From Psammoneis japonica (Eukaryota): a stretch of 56,074 nt of DNA. Below are positions 11,968 through 23,923 of this stretch, in pieces. The stretch spans positions 310,001 through 366,074 of the forward strand of contig QPGO01000078.1 of NCBI GenBank assembly GCA_008632985.1, in the 5' to 3' direction. Each line of letters begins with the position of its first letter. The stretch's first letter is position 1. Both the position numbers and the translations under genes were made by a program. Under the pieces are notes generated by a model. The model was given only the letters and a program-made list of their open reading frames with translations, made no database searches and was not told the DNA's origin.

Positions 11968-12729
11968 GTGATGCTTGGCAAAACCAAAGAACGAGAAGCT
12001 ATCTGCACTAAAATGGTAACCAAAGTCTCACACATCACAGTGAGAAATGACCTCATCGCAAAGGTCGACGCGAACGAAACCGCAACCGTCGCACAAATTT
12101 CAAACATGGGTTTCAAATTCAATTCCCATCTCAGAATTAAACCAGAGTCTGAGATGGTATTGAAGTCCAAGGCTCAACCACACTCTGCACAAAATTATTC
12201 CAACAAGCCGAATGAAAGTCGAGAAGCGAGTTGGTACAACGCACATTTGCCAACAAGCAGCGTCGTCGAATCACGTGATCCTCCGGCGCTTGGTCAAATA
12301 AACAAATCGACTGCGTCCATAATGATGCTGACCCAGTCACCATCAAATGTGAGAGCGTTGTCTCAAATGCCCACGTTTTCCGATTCTTCGATTGCATACT
12401 TTCAACAGCATCATCCGGACAGAGAGCTATCCGACGCGGACACGTTTACCAATCAAACGAGTGACTTTCAAAAGCACCATCCCAAAGAGCCCGTGAAAGG
12501 GCCACATGATTGGCAAGCGCTTGGCATGCATGATCAGCAGGAACAGGGTCAAGTTGCTACTGGCCGGCATGGTCCACCACGAAAGTCTCAAAGTCCATGC
12601 AAGAGTGGTCGTACCAACCCAAACAAAGGAAAGAACGCTTCAAAACAATCACGCCGAGGACAACGACACACGTTTACCGACCCAGCAATGCGTTATAATC
12701 AGGAGTATCGTGAAGTGAGTATAACATAA
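11968..12729 (+). CDS. Hypothetical hydrophilic protein
   Basis: 253-codon ORF in non-hypermutated DNA downstream of a GC-rich tract (11810-11870). No domain recognised; start uncertain. Confidence 0.4.
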   Translation: MMLGKTKEREAICTKMVTKVSHITVRNDLIAKVDANETATVAQISNMGFKFNSHLRIKPESEMVLKSKAQPHSAQNYSNKPNESREASWYNAHLPTSSVVESRDPPALGQINKSTASIMMLTQSPSNVRALSQMPTFSDSSIAYFQQHHPDRELSDADTFTNQTSDFQKHHPKEPVKGPHDWQALGMHDQQEQGQVATGRHGPPRKSQSPCKSGRTNPNKGKNASKQSRRGQRHTFTDPAMRYNQEYREVSIT

Positions 12730-13048
12730 TTGTAGTGAATGCACGGGCTGACTCTTGTTTTCGACAAACTTCTGACAATGCGTACATTTTTCAAACAACA
12801 TGTTGTTATCGCAGGCGAGACTCACGTACCGTCGAAAGTATCACCCTGAACTAGATGCGTTCGTTCTCCCCAGTAAAAGTGCGCCTGAATCTCTCAATTG
12901 GAGGCACTACTAAGGCAGAATAGGGAGGAACCGAACTGCAGTTTTGCCGCGCGGACAGTTGCATCGAATTTGGTCTGGGTACAACTTCCAATGGTAGCAA
13001 CAGGGAGATAAGCAACACTTTGAAAATCAAAAGCATTTATACAGTCTA

Positions 13049-14306
13049 TCAAACAGTCTCAACCCAATATCCATCTCGTTTCTTCTTTCGGCTTCGTGTG
13101 TTTCGTTGTCTCGACTTGCGTTCGGAAACCTCCGTCCAGGCATTTAAATTTCTCGCACTCGGGTAACTCCCCGCGTCCGTCATTTCTCGCAGTGCATCCA
13201 CGGCACCCGCCCAATCTCCGTCGGAAACGGCACCCTTGACAAGGAGCGCATACGAAGCCTTGTCACGAGCGCTAATGTCGTGAATGTTGAAGGGGTCGTT
13301 GCCGTTTTCATCTTCGGGGCCAGTGGTGCGCTCCGTCAAGTGCTCCTTGAGCAGTACCGAGGCATCCGAAAGGAGTCCCAACGACTGGTAGGCTGCAGCC
13401 AATGGGTTCAAATAGAGAGCAACCAATGGTAAACCGTGATTTTCCTGTAGTTGGAAGAGCGAGAAAGCAACGCGGTATGAACAAATCAGTGAAGTACTCA
13501 GTTCGTGCTGGTGACTTTGTCTATTGAGTTCTTACCTCAATGTCCAACACAACGTTTCGACAAGCATCCAACGGCACTCGTCGTTCCTCTACAGAATATT
13601 CTCTTCCATCCAATTCCTTACAACCTCGCACACTGGCGCTAATGAGCGACATGATCATGTTGTCTGTTACTTCCACGTTGCTTTCCTTTTTCGTCGCTTG
13701 ATTGACGACATCTCCGTAGATTTCCAATGCCTTTTGCCATTTGGCCAACTTGGCACACGCCAAGAGAGCCCCCTCATAATGTATATTGGATCGAACAATT
13801 TGCAGCGTTCGTTGTTTGCGAGTCTCATCCAATTCCAGTGTCTTCATGCGCTCGTACGTTCGCAAGGCGTGTCGCCACAGACTGGGCTTGTCGCGTTTGC
13901 GAACATTGCGCCATATAATTCCCGCATAGCCCTGATTGTTCATAATGGGTGCCTGTGTACGAAACGATGGATTCACGTCGGAGATACCCGCGTGCGGATG
14001 CCATCGTGGCAAAACATTGTTGGGACTACTGCTCTGCTTTGCAGCTGTTTCCTGCTCGTCCTTGTTGTTGTTGTTCCAAACCATCATTCGTCGAGCCATT
14101 TCAAACAAGAGCCCTTCTCCGCCACCCAACGTTTTTGTCGGTGGATCGTTGTCTGATGATGATTCCAATCCATTGTTGTTGGAAGAAGCTTGCAACGCAA
14201 CACAAGAACGTTGTGTTACAGTGGGTGCAGCGACAAAGGCATTGACGGAAATTCCCAGAGGAGTCGCAAGGATTGCCGCCAATAATGCAAGTTGATTCCA
14301 TCTCAT
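13049..14306 (-). CDS. Putative plastid-targeted PPR-like helical repeat protein, 2 exons (14306-13536, 13444-13049)
   Basis: Signal peptide ending VNA-F. PPR-like segments (HYEGALLACAKLAKWQKALEIY; SYALLVKGAVSDGDWAGAVDALREM). In-frame 91-bp GT-AG intron 13535-13445. Confidence 0.8.
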
Positions 14307-14628
14307 TGTATACCAGCACGAGATAGTTATGAACTGCGGAGAACATTAACAGAGGCAATGACGTTTGAAAAGAGAACAACCCAGCGCAAGTTTCTCGTCA
14401 TGGCCGACCGCGCGCCGCGACGAAAAAAGAAAAACGGCTTGGCGAACTGAGTTGGCACGCACGAGCTCGAAATTGTGCGACCTCGCGACTCTGGAGAAGA
14501 TGAAAAAGAGGTTGCACACCTGCTCTCTCTCTACTCTAGAGTAGGGCCCTAGAGCTAGTAGCTAGAGTAGAGATCTACTTCTAGAGACAAAGGGTGAACA
14601 CCTAGTATTTTTTATACATTGCTCTTTC

Positions 14629-15852
14629 TTACAGCGCCACACTTTCGCCCGTTCCTGGTAATAGCCCGTTCCCAGCACTCGCAAAGGGCAAATCGCTTGC
14701 CAATTCGTCATGAATGCTGCCCAGCGTGTACTTGCCAATATAATCGGGACGCAAGTTTGGCTTGTGTGCCAACTTTTTCTCCGCCTTTGGGTTGCGAAAG
14801 GTCACATTCAACAACAGACGCAGCGCTCCATTCTTTAATTGATTTTCCAATCCGGCATGGAGCGTGCGCATATCAAACACCACCGCGTCACCGGCTTGCA
14901 ACATGGTGTATTGAGGTTTGGACGCTCGCAGCATGGCATCCCTACTTTCGCCCATGTCATCAAACTGCTTCCGCTCTGCATTTTCCACATGAGTTCCAGG
15001 AAAAAACATGGTCCCGCCCATTTCAAACGAAACATCCTGCAGAGCGATAAAGGCGGAAAAGAGACCGGGTGTTTCTTGAAAGGGTGTGTCGGAATGCACC
15101 ACTTGCCGACCGGCCCCGGGTTGGGTACGAAGCGCACAAAAGTCATATAATTGCGAGTCGTTGCCATCGCACATGGTTCCAAACAAATCGTTGAGTTGCG
15201 AGCCGGGTTGTAAGAGCTCGCGAGCGGCTTGTACAATTGGGCCGTTCGTGTATTCATTACCATCTTTTTTCTCCTCCTTGTCGTCGTCAACAGAATCACG
15301 CAAGGGCAGCAGCACGTATCCTCTTGGTGTTGAAAAGTGTATATCGGCAGGAACATAAAAGAGACTAACCGAAAGGGATGGATCCTTACGAATGGCCGTC
15401 CGCATGAGTTCCAATTCGTGAAGCACCGCTTTTCGACACGCCGCCGCCGTTTCTTTTGATAAAACTCCAGGAACCAGCACGACGCCTTGTTCTTTTAAAT
15501 TTGTAGCTAGCAATTGTGTTGCAGGATTTAATTTGATTTCAGAAGATGATGATTTTTTGTTCTTGGTCGAGCCTCCACCAAATCCCGTTCCTGCTGCCGA
15601 ACTGCGCTGCTTTTTCTTCTTCTTTGCTTGTTTCATTTCCTTCATTCTAGGATCCAATATTCGTTTTTCCTCTTCGGCTTGTTGTACAAGGCTACGATGT
15701 TGATCGTCAAAGAGCATGGCACGTGCCGCGTCCAGGCCGTCGCTGGAACTGTAGAGAGAAGTTGTTGTTGTTGTTGTTTTGGTTGGAACATTTCGAGTGT
15801 TGCCGCCCACAGCGATCCAAGCCAGCGTTTGGGCTGGCTTTAAAAATAGCAT
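14629..15852 (-). CDS. Phytanoyl-CoA dioxygenase (PhyH)-family 2OG-Fe(II) oxygenase
   Basis: 407-aa ORF with GVVLVPGVLS, Q..HSD, IALQDV...GGT and AGDAVVFDMRTLHAG...R motifs. Confidence 0.85.
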   Translation of the reverse strand: MLFLKPAQTLAWIAVGGNTRNVPTKTTTTTTSLYSSSDGLDAARAMLFDDQHRSLVQQAEEEKRILDPRMKEMKQAKKKKKQRSSAAGTGFGGGSTKNKKSSSSEIKLNPATQLLATNLKEQGVVLVPGVLSKETAAACRKAVLHELELMRTAIRKDPSLSVSLFYVPADIHFSTPRGYVLLPLRDSVDDDKEEKKDGNEYTNGPIVQAARELLQPGSQLNDLFGTMCDGNDSQLYDFCALRTQPGAGRQVVHSDTPFQETPGLFSAFIALQDVSFEMGGTMFFPGTHVENAERKQFDDMGESRDAMLRASKPQYTMLQAGDAVVFDMRTLHAGLENQLKNGALRLLLNVTFRNPKAEKKLAHKPNLRPDYIGKYTLGSIHDELASDLPFASAGNGLLPGTGESVAL

Positions 15853-15956
15853 GAGCTTTTATATAATATCCTATCGAACGAATATACTCCTCTTTTAGGC
15901 CCTACATTTCGTGGTTGACAAGTGCAATTCAAGTCAGCGGTTGCGAGTTGCGACCG

Positions 15957-16244
15957 AGTCACGAGTCAACAACCGAGTCTGATTCACGGATGACGCTTCC
16001 GGTCATGGATCTCTTCTTCCGGAAGAAATGTCCGTTGAGTCTACTAGCGATAGTAATCGGAGTGACACACACGACCGTTAGGTCATAATGTCATCTCCAA
16101 TCCCTCGTGAGATCTTCTCACAATTCGTATCTTTAGCGTATCTTATTGTCCCAAACCCACTTCTTATCATCCTCTGTTGTATTGTACAACCTCAAGAGAG
16201 TCCTGAACTCTCCATCCTACACAGTGTGTTGTTGTGTCCCAAGT
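15957..16244 (+). repeat. 5' LTR
   Basis: Ungapped direct repeat of 22912-23199 with 18 substitutions by manual alignment. Confidence 0.95.
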
Positions 16245-16256
16245 GGTTACGACCCC
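16245..16256 (+). other. Putative primer-binding site (GGTTACGACCCC)
   Basis: Lies directly 3' of the 5' LTR and resembles the GGTTATG-type PBS of copia elements primed by a tRNA fragment. The cognate tRNA was not verified. Confidence 0.5.
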
Positions 16257-19200
16257 AATCTGCGCACCGGCATCAACTCGCAGCGGAGTTGCTGCCACTC
16301 GTTCGTCTCGTTACAGACGACATCCCATCCAACGGCGATCTTCTATGTCGCAATCCAACGGCAATCATCTACATTGCAATCCCTGCCTGCTAATCGATCC
16401 TCTATGTCGAATCATCCATGACCATGTCCATGGATCCTGATGCCGTCAAGATGTTTGCTGAGGCCTTCGCCAAGATGCAAACCTCGACCAACCCTCCTGC
16501 GATCCCCACGCCGCTTCGCGGCGGCATCCACCACTCTCATGGAGTGCATCTGGGTGGTTTGGCTCTGAACAACAAGTGCGAGCAGACCGACACCCGCACC
16601 TGCTGTTTTGCCTCGCAACGTCGCCATCCAAAGGCTGTCGACTCTATCGAGCGATCTCTCAGAGATCAACTCGCTTCGGCAACCACATCCAAGTTCAACG
16701 GCCAGATTGAGTCATCCAACGGTTCCAGTGCTGAACTGGACAAAGACCACTTCGTCAAGACCATTCAGGACTTGATCGAGTCGCACGGACAAGAAACCTT
16801 CTGCCATCTCAAGAAAGTCGACGGCAAGGTCGTGTGCCTTTTTGATCATCTTCACGCCTTCACTGTCAAAGACCTTGAGAAGGAACATGAGACCCGTGTG
16901 GCGGCCACAGGTGACGAAGGCTACGATCAGCATGAAATCGATGACATCGGCTTGTCACAACTCATCGTCAAGTCACGCATCACCGAAACCTTCCGTGAAA
17001 AGATTGAAACCAAGTTCAATCACTTGAAGAACTACAAGGATCTTCCGGGGTCTGTCTCATTTATGATGGCTCTGGACACCTGCAACGCCAGTGCTCTGGT
17101 TGACGTCAAGGCCGCCAAGGAAAAGTTGAACAACTTAACTCTGGATGACCACCCTGGCGAAGACTGCACCGAGCTGGCAACCGAAGCTCTGCGCCTGCTC
17201 AAGATCATGCAGACGGACCATGCGTTGCCAGTTGAAACTGGGTCTGCCATTTTGTCCAAGGCATCAAAGACATCCTCCGAGTTTTTCAATCGTCAAGTTT
17301 TTGCCAAGCTCGACTCCGTCAAGCGCTTGGAGCGCAAATGTCGCTTGCGTGACCCGGCAGAAGTCCCCAAGGATGCCGACTGTGCGGATCTTGGACCTGT
17401 TGGCCTTGTTGGCTGGATCACCAAGACCCATGGCGAACTCGTTGGCGATGAAGATTGGCCTGCCTCAGCAGCCAAGCTCCCGGAATCCAACCTCGCCAAG
17501 GACAACTCGGAAAAGCATTGCTGTGGCTGTGGCAAGGTTGGGTGCACCAAACGCACGTGTCCCGCCTGCAAGGAGCAATGCAAGAAGGACAAAAAGGGCA
17601 CGGCGGACAAGTCCAAGGATGACCCTCCGGATGTCCGGAAGACCAACCCTTCCAAGAAACCACCCAAGCCGGCCTGGCGTTTCGTTCACAAAGGTGCCAC
17701 TGTCACCGACGAGAAAGGCACGACCTGGCACTGGTGCGACAAGTGTGTGAACAAGGAAACGGGCAAGAAGGGCATGCATCAAGGCCACTCCTCCGCTCAA
17801 CACACCGGGAAACCGTCTGTCAACACCGAAACCACCGCTGCGGCAAATTTATCTGCTGTGTCGGACCCCTCTTTGGGCATTCCTTTTGGTCCTCCCGAGC
17901 AGACGACGTCTCCGCCTGCAGACAAACCCTCTGACCCTGACGAGCTGGTTTGTTGCGGCATGTGGTGTGCACCTGTGGACGACTCTTTGAGTTCGACTCC
18001 AGTGACTACGACCGTCTCGTTCACTCCTGCTCCATCGGCCGAGAGGGAGACTACCGTGGCCAAACCCGCTCCCATCTTGGTTGAAACGGTTGACCCCGAA
18101 GACGCTGACGATCACTCCGAGCACTCCGACGCTCACTCCTCTTTTGACTCCCTACCGTCAGCTGTCGAGCTATTTCCGGCCTGTGCCATGCATGAGATTC
18201 AAAATCCGGACGTGTTTTATGACACGATCGCAACTCACGTGGAAGGTCTGTCCGACGACGTGTCAGACGATCTCGTTTCCGGGGCAAGCATCCCACCTTT
18301 CGAAGACAGCTACGAGCACTTACCTCCAAGCACCCAGTGTCGTGGTTTCGAATTTTACGATCCCGAACCCCAAGATGTTGATTGTGGCGTCGAGGAGGCA
18401 ACGCCGAGCTCTCGTCTTGAGCTTTTCTGGAACTTCTTGAAGCTCCGAGTTTTCTGGCTGTTTGCTGTGTTCTGGGAAACGGTGCTGCACATTTGCTGTG
18501 CGCCGATTCCTGTCTCACCTCGTCGTGTGCGCCGTAAGGCATTCATCCCAACCATTCACGGTTTCCCCTCTACCTGGATGGTGCTGACTGGAGCCATCAT
18601 GGTCTGGGCGTCTGTTTTCAACGGTCAGCTTCCCACGCATCCATTCTCCAATGTCCCCTCTCGCTTCTCCAAAGCTGGCTCTCAGGTCCACTCGATCATT
18701 GAAGAACTGGACGACAAGATAGTGTTGGATCCGGGCAGTTTGGTGGAATGCAACAAGATCAAGGCGCGACAAGTGCTTGCCGAATTTGTGGAGCGCGATC
18801 CGGACCATCATCTGAGCAAGAAATTCACGCAGCTCTGGGAGAACGACGTATGCTCTTCCCCAGGCCGCTGTGTCCCTCCAGCTCTAGAAGACCCCGAGTC
18901 CTACTTCGACACCTGTGATTCAGAGGAAGCCCTCGGCCCGCTCCCGACCGAGCCGAGCCACTACTTTGACACGGTTGAGGAGCTCTCTCCGGACTATTTT
19001 CGTTTCGACGAGCTGTCCACCAAGTTTGGTTTCGTGGACACCACTCCATGGCAAGACCCTGTGAAGCTTCTCCAGGCAGCTGCTGACGGAACCGAAGCCC
19101 ATCCCACTCACACCTCTGTGCAGGTGTTGACAGGCCAACGTTCTTTAGCACAACTCGCCGCCGACCCGCAAGCTTTGCTGAGCCTGGCACATGAGCGCCA

Positions 19201-20225
19201 CACCGTCACATGCGATGCTGGTGCATCCTCAGCCATCACTTACGATGAAAACGACTTTGTCGGACCCCCAACGATCCCTGATGGCCCATTGAAGCTTGGG
19301 GGTCTAGCAAATGGCTTAACCATCGCCGGCATCGGACCCGTCTCCTGGGTTTTCCACAACGAGGACAGCTCTGAGCTCGTCGTCAAGACGATGGCGCACC
19401 ATGTGCCTCAGGCCGGACAACGTCTTCTATCCCCACAACGCCTCTACAGCAAGGAACATGGCGTGACAGGAAAACATGAGGGAGACGAGGACTCATTTCG
19501 AGTGCACATTGATGGCGTCGGTTCGCTCAAAGTCGCGCACGCGTCAAATCACTTGCCGGTTGCGTCTGTGACCAACGGGGTGGCACCCGCTCCTCAAGTC
19601 AATCTGTCTGTGTTGCACGAGGACAACCAGAACCTCACCACCGGTCAGAAGCTCCTTCAAGAATGGCACTTCAGGTTTGGTCACCTGAACATGCCACGCA
19701 TCCAAGGCCTGCTTCGGGCCGAACCTTTTCTCCGACCCAAATTCAAGCATGCTTCGCGTTGCGACATTCCGCGGTGCGAGGTGTGCGAATGTGCCAAAGG
19801 ACATCGCCGAACCCTCAAGTCTGCCAAACATGCGGCTACTCCAGAGCGTGAGGGTGCTCTTCGAGCCGAGCATCTACGCCCAGGCCAAGCCGTCAGCGTG
19901 GATCACTTCGAATCCCGTCTCCTCGGCCGAACCTGCGACTCCTGCGGGAAGGCCTCGTCCCAGCAATACAAAGGAGGCTGCATTTTTGTGGATCATGCCT
20001 CCGGTTACCTGCACATTGAACACCAACTTGGTTTCTCTGCTGTGGAAACGGTGCGAGCGAAGCAAGCGTTTGAAAAGCACGCGATGGACCACGGCGTCAT
20101 CATCCAAGAATTTCTTGCCAATTCTGGCGCTTTCAAGGCCAATGCTTTTGTGCAACACATGCGACAGCACGAACAACGTCTACGTTTTTGCGGAACCAAC
20201 GCCCACCATCAGAACGGCGTCGCAG

Positions 20226-21125
20226 NNNNNNNNNNNNNNNNNNNNNNNNNNNNNNNNNNNNNNNNNNNNNNNNNNNNNNNNNNNNNNNNNNNNNNNNNNN
20301 NNNNNNNNNNNNNNNNNNNNNNNNNNNNNNNNNNNNNNNNNNNNNNNNNNNNNNNNNNNNNNNNNNNNNNNNNNNNNNNNNNNNNNNNNNNNNNNNNNNN
20401 NNNNNNNNNNNNNNNNNNNNNNNNNNNNNNNNNNNNNNNNNNNNNNNNNNNNNNNNNNNNNNNNNNNNNNNNNNNNNNNNNNNNNNNNNNNNNNNNNNNN
20501 NNNNNNNNNNNNNNNNNNNNNNNNNNNNNNNNNNNNNNNNNNNNNNNNNNNNNNNNNNNNNNNNNNNNNNNNNNNNNNNNNNNNNNNNNNNNNNNNNNNN
20601 NNNNNNNNNNNNNNNNNNNNNNNNNNNNNNNNNNNNNNNNNNNNNNNNNNNNNNNNNNNNNNNNNNNNNNNNNNNNNNNNNNNNNNNNNNNNNNNNNNNN
20701 NNNNNNNNNNNNNNNNNNNNNNNNNNNNNNNNNNNNNNNNNNNNNNNNNNNNNNNNNNNNNNNNNNNNNNNNNNNNNNNNNNNNNNNNNNNNNNNNNNNN
20801 NNNNNNNNNNNNNNNNNNNNNNNNNNNNNNNNNNNNNNNNNNNNNNNNNNNNNNNNNNNNNNNNNNNNNNNNNNNNNNNNNNNNNNNNNNNNNNNNNNNN
20901 NNNNNNNNNNNNNNNNNNNNNNNNNNNNNNNNNNNNNNNNNNNNNNNNNNNNNNNNNNNNNNNNNNNNNNNNNNNNNNNNNNNNNNNNNNNNNNNNNNNN
21001 NNNNNNNNNNNNNNNNNNNNNNNNNNNNNNNNNNNNNNNNNNNNNNNNNNNNNNNNNNNNNNNNNNNNNNNNNNNNNNNNNNNNNNNNNNNNNNNNNNNN
21101 NNNNNNNNNNNNNNNNNNNNNNNNN
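20226..21125. other. Assembly gap (N run)
   Basis: Run of N. Confidence 1.
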
Positions 21126-22214
21126 GCATTGACACCTGTCTCGAGACGGAAACCTACAATGTCAACGATCCCAGGGTATGTGCAACTGCTAAAAAGCAAA
21201 AAGATCCCGATGTGCCTTCTTTGCACGAGGCCATGCGCAGCGATGAATCCGAAGAGTGGGCCAAAGCCATGAAAATCGAAACCAACGTGCTGCTCCACCG
21301 ACGTGCATGGGAAATGGTGCCAAGAACGGCAGATGTGAATGTGCCACCCGGCACATGGGCTTTCAAACTCAAACGACTCCCGGATGGTGCGCCCTTGAAG
21401 TGCAAGGCACGACATTGCGTTCGCGGCGATTTGCAGAAACACGGGATCGATTTTTTCGAGACCTGCGCGCGGCAGTGCAATGGTCGTCCATGCGCCTTCT
21501 CCTCACCACGGCACTCAAGGAAGGTTGGACTGCACGTCAAGTGGACTGTGCCACAGCCTTCTGCCAAGCTGACATCAAGGAGAAGGTCTGTGTGGAGCCT
21601 CCCAAGGGTTTCCAACCAAAATCGGGCGCCGATCTGGTGCCAAAATTGTTGAAAGGCCCACACGGCCTACGCCAGTCTCCCAAGTGCTTCCATGAAAAGC
21701 TGAGGGACGGATTGCTCGAAAGAGGATGGATTCAATCCGCCATTGACCCTTGTCTTTATTTCAAAAAGGGTGTGTCATGTGTGGCACATGTTGATGACAC
21801 CGTGTTCGCCGGCGCATCGGCCCAAGCCTTGGAAGCAGAGATTGCCAAGTTGGGCATTTCCAACGATGAGCAACGCCATGTCTTTGATCTACGTGATGAA
21901 GGCGAAGTCGGCAACTTTCTGGGTGTCAAGATTCAAAAGCTCGAAGACGGCCGATTCCTCCTGACCCAACCCGGCCTAATTGAGAAAGTTCTCCGAACCG
22001 CACAGATGACTGAGTGCAACGGCGCACCCACTCCTGCCTTGCCTGCTCCTGCTGGCAGCGATGCCGACGGGCCACCGTTCGAAGAGCCTTATGACCACCG
22101 TTCCGTGGTCGGCATGCTGATGCATCTAGCATCCAACAGCCGCCCGGACATTGCTTGCGCGACCCATCAAGTCGCACGGTTCTCCTGCGCACCCAAGGCC
22201 TCCCACGCTGCGGC

Positions 22215-22560
22215 NNNNNNNNNNNNNNNNNNNNNNNNNNNNNNNNNNNNNNNNNNNNNNNNNNNNNNNNNNNNNNNNNNNNNNNNNNNNNNNNNNNNNN
22301 NNNNNNNNNNNNNNNNNNNNNNNNNNNNNNNNNNNNNNNNNNNNNNNNNNNNNNNNNNNNNNNNNNNNNNNNNNNNNNNNNNNNNNNNNNNNNNNNNNNN
22401 NNNNNNNNNNNNNNNNNNNNNNNNNNNNNNNNNNNNNNNNNNNNNNNNNNNNNNNNNNNNNNNNNNNNNNNNNNNNNNNNNNNNNNNNNNNNNNNNNNNN
22501 NNNNNNNNNNNNNNNNNNNNNNNNNNNNNNNNNNNNNNNNNNNNNNNNNNNNNNNNNNNN
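22215..22560. other. Assembly gap (N run)
   Basis: Run of N. Confidence 1.
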
Positions 22561-22902
22561 GACATTTCGACACATTCGAAGGCTTTCCGACACGCCAACG
22601 ACGGAACTGAGGATTCTCCCATTGACTCTGCTGACCTCCCAGCATCCGTTGTGTGTGAAGACAATGCTGCCTGCCTCCAACTCGCCCGCATGCCAAAATC
22701 ATCCCCACGAACCAAGCACATCGGCATTCCCTGCCATTGGTTTCGCACTGAAGTTGAGGCTTTGGAGATCAAAATTGAGCCTGTGAGCTCAGCTGCACAG
22801 CTTGCTGACCAGTTTGCTAAAGGATTGACTGTTGATCTATTCCGCACTGGTCGTAAAGCCCTCATGGGCTGGTGACTGATGGCTCTCCTTCTCTTTTCGG
22901 TT

Positions 22903-22911
22903 GAGAGGGAG
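22903..22911 (+). other. Polypurine tract (GAGAGGGAG)
   Basis: Purine run abutting the 3' LTR. Confidence 0.85.
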
Positions 22912-23199
22912 AGTCACGAGTCAACAACCGAGTCTGATTCACGGATGACGCTTCCGGTCATGGATCTCTTCTTCCGGAAGAAATGTCCGTTGAGTCCACT
23001 AGCGACAGCAATCGGAGTGACACACACGACCGTCAGGTCACAATGTCATCTCCAATCCCTCGTGAGATCTTCTCACAATTCGCATCTTTGGCGCATCTCA
23101 TTGTCCCAAACCTGCTTCTCATCATCCTCTGTTGCACTGCACAACCTCAAGAGAGTCCTGAACTCTCCATCCTACACAGTGTATTGTTGCATCCCAAGT
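22912..23199 (+). repeat. 3' LTR
   Basis: Direct repeat of 15957-16244, followed by the TSD GACCG. Confidence 0.95.
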
Positions 23200-23425
23200 G
23201 ACCGAATCGATGATGTCTGATGTCGTGTCAAAACCAAAATAATGCGCTTGCGCAGAAAGACACTGCTCCAGTGCGGATCGGTCGCCGCAAAAGCGCGTGG
23301 ATACTTCTTCTACATAGATAGATGCACTCCCAACTGGGAGGTCTGTAAGTGGTACGGAAGAGAGAAGGAGAAGACCTCCCACGGATCGTACGTACCGGTA
23401 TGGTACCGTAGACCTAATCTAACTA

Positions 23426-23923
23426 TGAGGCTACGACTAGCATAAACGTACCTGTTATACCGGTCAGACATTTTGTATTGGATTTTATGTATCCCTTTAT
23501 TTAACGATAACGGTTGATGCCAAAATAAATAGCAGGTTTTACATGTGTTACATATACAAATGTCTCACAAAAGTCCATACTTTTCAACTATTTAGATGTT
23601 TTTGTAGATGTTACAAATTCAACCGTCGATACTCCGTTTGTCAACTCCGTCTTTGAATAATACTTCATATATGCTCGTATGTTTGATAAAATGGCGTGGC
23701 GGGCGTGGGCATGACCTTCATTTGAATTCGTACTTAAGAATAGTCATTCTATGTATTGCCTCAGCATTTTGTTCGTTAAGTGCGTAGAACAGTACAAATC
23801 TTACACAAAAAGTCATATGCAGTCATTCAACATTCTTGTATATACGTCATTATTATATCATATCAATGTTTTTTATGTGTCAATGATTATATCATATTGC
23901 ATTTTATGCTAGTCGTAGCCCCA
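23426..23923. mobile_element. MITE with TA target duplication (Tc1/mariner-type), about 498 bp
   Basis: TIR TG(A/G)GGCTACGACTAGCATAAA, 21 bp with 1 mismatch (23426-23446 and 23903-23923). Flanked by TA at 23424-25 and 23924-25. AT-rich non-coding interior. Confidence 0.85.

Larger units (their letters stand above)
16418..22875 (+). pseudogene. Copia gag-pol polyprotein (hypermutated, one frameshift near 21470, two assembly gaps)
   Basis: Knuckle CCGCGKVGCTKRTC; protease CDAGAS; WHFRFGH..CEVC; integrase SVDHF, IFVDHASG, HHQNGVA; RT WAFKLKR, KARHCVRGDLQ, HVDD (21787-21798); RNase H CEDNAAC, RTKHI. Confidence 0.92.
15957..23199 (+). mobile_element. Full-length Ty1/copia (CoDi-like) LTR retrotransposon
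   Basis: Two 288-bp LTRs; GACCG duplication at 15952-15956 and 23200-23204; PBS-like and PPT sites; gag-PR-IN-RT-RH domain order. Confidence 0.95.

Noticed and set aside
19749..22865. Long poly-X ORFs
   Set aside because: Read-through of N gaps.
15957..23199. Classical RIP (CpA->TpA) as the cause of the LTR differences
   Set aside because: The direction is set the other way by YxDD->CIDD/HVDD, by TTAA->TTGA and by TA depletion rather than enrichment.
2305..23199. ADAR-type RNA editing or RT errors as the cause
   Set aside because: These would give one-strand A->G changes and identical LTRs. Here both strands change, the LTRs differ, and DNA transposons are affected.
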